This document shows, piece by piece, positions 36,546-38,553 of a stretch of 38,553 nucleotides of DNA; positions within the stretch are counted from its first letter, which is position 1; every line of letters begins with the position of its first letter. The notes beneath the pieces are model-generated. The model had not been told where the DNA came from and ran no database searches. It saw only the letters and a list, made by a program, of their open reading frames with translations. Source of the DNA: a virus. Its lineage: Duplodnaviria; Caudoviricetes. The position numbers and the translations under genes are program-made. The stretch is taken from positions 1 to 38,553 of the IMG/VR virus record IMGVR_UViG_3300011443_000032. One strand, given 5' to 3'.

Positions 36546-36767
36546 TCACTTCGTCGTAGTCGTCACCAGCTTCACCGCCCACATCGCGGCCTCTTCGTAA
36601 GCCGTTTGAGCTAACGCAGCGAGGCGGGGATCGAGTTCCTTATGCTCTTCGCAGAGGTCGATCAAGTCCGCCGAATAGCGTTTCACCTTATCCACAAGCG
36701 AATCCTTCGACGGATTGAAGCTCTCCCGAACTCGGGCCGCACCAAGTGAGCCAACAACTTGAGCCAT
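36546..36767 (-). CDS. Acb2/Tad1-like helical hairpin protein (putative immune-nucleotide sponge)
   Basis: 73 aa, two-helix pattern ending RLAALAQTAYEEAAMWAVK. GGGGAGGT RBS. Recognised from memory of the family pattern only. Confidence 0.55.
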   Translation of the reverse strand: MAQVVGSLGAARVRESFNPSKDSLVDKVKRYSADLIDLCEEHKELDPRLAALAQTAYEEAAMWAVKLVTTTTK

Positions 36768-36769
36768 TC

Positions 36770-37270
36770 GTACCTCCCCTTATTCCCGTCGAGTTTGAAC
36801 CTTTGTCTTGAGTCTGTCAAGACCCCTCCACAATATTTAGGACACCTCCAAGTAGCTGGTGAAGTAGCTCAGTAGCTGGATGTGAGGAGGTAAGGAGAGG
36901 TATGTCAGAAAAAACCTCTCCGATATTCTGAGGGGCAGCAAGAATCATGCCAACTCGCTTCGGCGGGGCACCCACCCTGAGTTGTAGGAATTTAGTCAAG
37001 TTGTGGAGCATATGGTCATAGGACTGTGTGCCTAAGCGAGAGGACATACGACCTAGGACTCACGACCTAGGACTCGATGCACACAACCGGATTGCAGTCA
37101 TACAACCGGGCTATGGACTGCATTCCTATGATGGGAAATGAGTTTACCAAATTGGGAGAATATCCCGGACAAGTCTATGGTGTGGTTCTAGGGCTGTGCT
37201 ATGGTGTTCATACCGGATCGGACTGGCCGATCCACAACGGAAAGGAGTCGCGGTCCGGCCTAGGAGTCGA
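36770..37270. promoter_or_regulatory. divergent non-coding control region, possibly near the packaging/terminus junction
   Basis: About 500 bp without a convincing ORF between the leftward late arm and the rightward genes. Contains tandem and inverted repeats. Confidence 0.55.
37048..37075. repeat. 14-bp tandem duplication ACGACCTAGGACTC x2
   Basis: 37048-37061 and 37062-37075 are identical. Confidence 0.9.
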
Positions 37271-37272
37271 CC

Positions 37273-37659
37273 ATGAAAATGACTTTGAAACTCGGCAAGG
37301 GCATCGTCCGCACTGTGGATTTGGACAGCCTTGGGTTGAACTCGATCACCGAGACTTCTTCCATCGTGGCGCGCCATGTGGTGCGGATGGGACTGGCGAA
37401 CGTGATTAAGGACAGCCACGCCAATTTCAAAATCAAGGATACGCCTGACTACCTGGCCAAATCGAACGCGGCAGTCGACAACAAAATCAAGGCACTGTAC
37501 GCGGGCGACATTCGGATTTCGGACGAGATCAACATGGCAGCCGCCGTTGCCAAGATGACGCTGGCGGAAGTGATGGCGACTCGCACGGAAGAAGAACAGG
37601 AGGCGTGGGCACTCGATTTGATCGCCAAATCGAAAGCCCGGAAGAAGGCGCAGTCCTAA
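37273..37659 (+). CDS. hypothetical protein (probable early gene)
   Basis: 128 aa, TAGGAG RBS, followed by a GAAA-tetraloop hairpin. Confidence 0.72.
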   Translation: MKMTLKLGKGIVRTVDLDSLGLNSITETSSIVARHVVRMGLANVIKDSHANFKIKDTPDYLAKSNAAVDNKIKALYAGDIRISDEINMAAAVAKMTLAEVMATRTEEEQEAWALDLIAKSKARKKAQS

Positions 37660-37668
37660 CGCACAATG

Positions 37669-37692
37669 CCGGTGGGGAGAAATCCCCACCGG
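37669..37692 (+). other. perfect 10-bp hairpin with a GAAA tetraloop
   Basis: CCGGTGGGGA-GAAA-TCCCCACCGG, intergenic, no U-tract. Confidence 0.7.
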
Positions 37693-37720
37693 ACTTCCCC
37701 GAAACAATAGGAGGCCATAA

Positions 37721-37972
37721 ATGGCCGGACTTATCAAAAAGACAGTGCGATGCGAATACATCACGCTGGAACCAAAGTCAGGCGGCAAGTCGTATGGCGA
37801 ACTGATCGACGATCAAATCGCCGAGGCCGTTGTATCCAGCGAACGTAACTCGGACGGTGGATATGTGCAGGAGTTCAGCCTGCACTTCGAGGAAAGCGAA
37901 TGGCGCGAATTGTGCCGCAGTTTCGATCGCCTCGGGGACTACAGTCCCAACCCTGGAAAGGTCAAGAAGTGA
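37721..37972 (+). CDS. hypothetical protein
   Basis: 83 aa, TAGGAGG RBS, followed by terminators. Confidence 0.72.
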   Translation: MAGLIKKTVRCEYITLEPKSGGKSYGELIDDQIAEAVVSSERNSDGGYVQEFSLHFEESEWRELCRSFDRLGDYSPNPGKVKK

Positions 37973-37975
37973 GTG

Positions 37976-38005
37976 GTGGGGGCGCAAGCCCCCACTTTTT
38001 TATTT
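37976..38005 (+). terminator. intrinsic terminator
   Basis: GTGGGGGC-GCAA-GCCCCCAC-TTTTTTATTT. Confidence 0.88.
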
Positions 38006-38031
38006 GCTCGGAGTTCGGCTCCGAGCTTTTT
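38006..38031 (+). terminator. second tandem intrinsic terminator
   Basis: GCTCGGAG-TTCGG-CTCCGAGC-TTTTT. Confidence 0.75.
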
Positions 38032-38320
38032 ACCGCTCCGAGCTTACCAGAGAGACCGCTCAACGGCTCCGAGTACCAGAGAGACCGTCTTAAGGCTCCG
38101 AGTCCAATCCAGAGAGAACGCTCGCAGCTTCTATAGAGGCTCCGAGTTGTTGAGAGAGAACGTATGCCCGACTCCGAGTGAACCAAAGCGCCTTCCTCCT
38201 CCGAGCCGGGACGAGAGAGAACGTATTCCCAATCCCGGCTGGTATGGTCGTATAAACGGTTTATAGAGCCATATCCGATGCTCGAACATCTATAGGGGCT
38301 CCGAGGAGCTGAACTCCGAG
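38019..38320 (+). repeat. field of short direct repeats: CTCCGAG x9 and AGAGAGA(A/C)CG x5
   Basis: CTCCGAG at 38019, 38036, 38067, 38096, 38140, 38172, 38199, 38299, 38314. AGAGAGAMCG near 38049, 38078, 38111, 38153, 38214. Confidence 0.85.
38243..38273. promoter_or_regulatory. 31-bp imperfect palindrome, copy 3
   Basis: TATGG-TC-GTATAAAC-G-GTTTATAG-AG-CCATA. Its reverse complement differs from copy 1 at one base. Confidence 0.8.
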
Positions 38321-38553
38321 GGCGCGTTTGTATTCCGGTCTCGAGGTATCACTCCCTGAACTCGGTTTTCAATGTTTGGTTAACAGGTTCCCACCTCCCC
38401 TCGACTCTTCAGTCTTTTTTTTTTTTTTTTTTTTTTAGGAAAAGAAAAAGGACGCGGCACTCGGGGTTGGGGGGGTTTTTTGAAAAAACCAAAAATTAAA
38501 AACAAAAAACCCACTGCTAAATCAAATAAACCATTAAATTCCAAAAAAAATAA

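Noticed and set aside
37077-37409. Track ORF of 110 aa in the control region
   Set aside because: No RBS, overlaps the better-supported 37273 gene, and runs through repeats.
38019-38320. Possible CRISPR or mini-array
   Set aside because: Repeat units are only 7-10 bp with irregular spacing, and there are no cas genes.
38395-38553. T22 run (38415-38436) followed by A/G/T homopolymer-rich sequence
   Set aside because: Typical of low-quality read tails after a homopolymer at a contig end. Not interpreted as biology.

Overview
The window is most of the genome of a tailed dsDNA phage with a podovirus (T7/BPP-1-like) virion module. No integrase, RNA polymerase, primase or endolysin is recognisable in the part shown. 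Positions 1-8082 (+) are a replication and nucleotide module: AAA_24/Sak4-like ATPase with an SSB-like partner, ParB-DNA methyltransferase fusion, nucleoside deoxyribosyltransferase-like protein, UDG/3'-5' exonuclease fusion, family A DNA polymerase and a DUF3987-like P-loop ATPase. Positions 8079-36767 (-) are the late arm. Read right to left it has small accessory genes (Acb2/Tad1-like protein, CX5R phosphatase), small and large terminase, a modular fibre cluster, portal, scaffold, BPP-1-like capsid and cement protein, tail tube A/B, gp13/gp14-like proteins, two large internal virion proteins and a stand-alone fibre adaptor. Positions 36770-37270 are a divergent non-coding region, followed by two + strand genes, tandem terminators, a heptamer repeat field and a probably artefactual low-complexity end. 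The most notable observations are: a 31-bp palindrome in three copies, two placed exactly at structural-gene stop codons; a hairpin/H-type pseudoknot/terminator leader in front of the ParB-methyltransferase; a polymerase whose proofreading site is split over two genes; an 18-bp motif between the accessory genes; and a fibre cluster built from shared modules. All protein calls are by-eye motif recognition; no database search was run.
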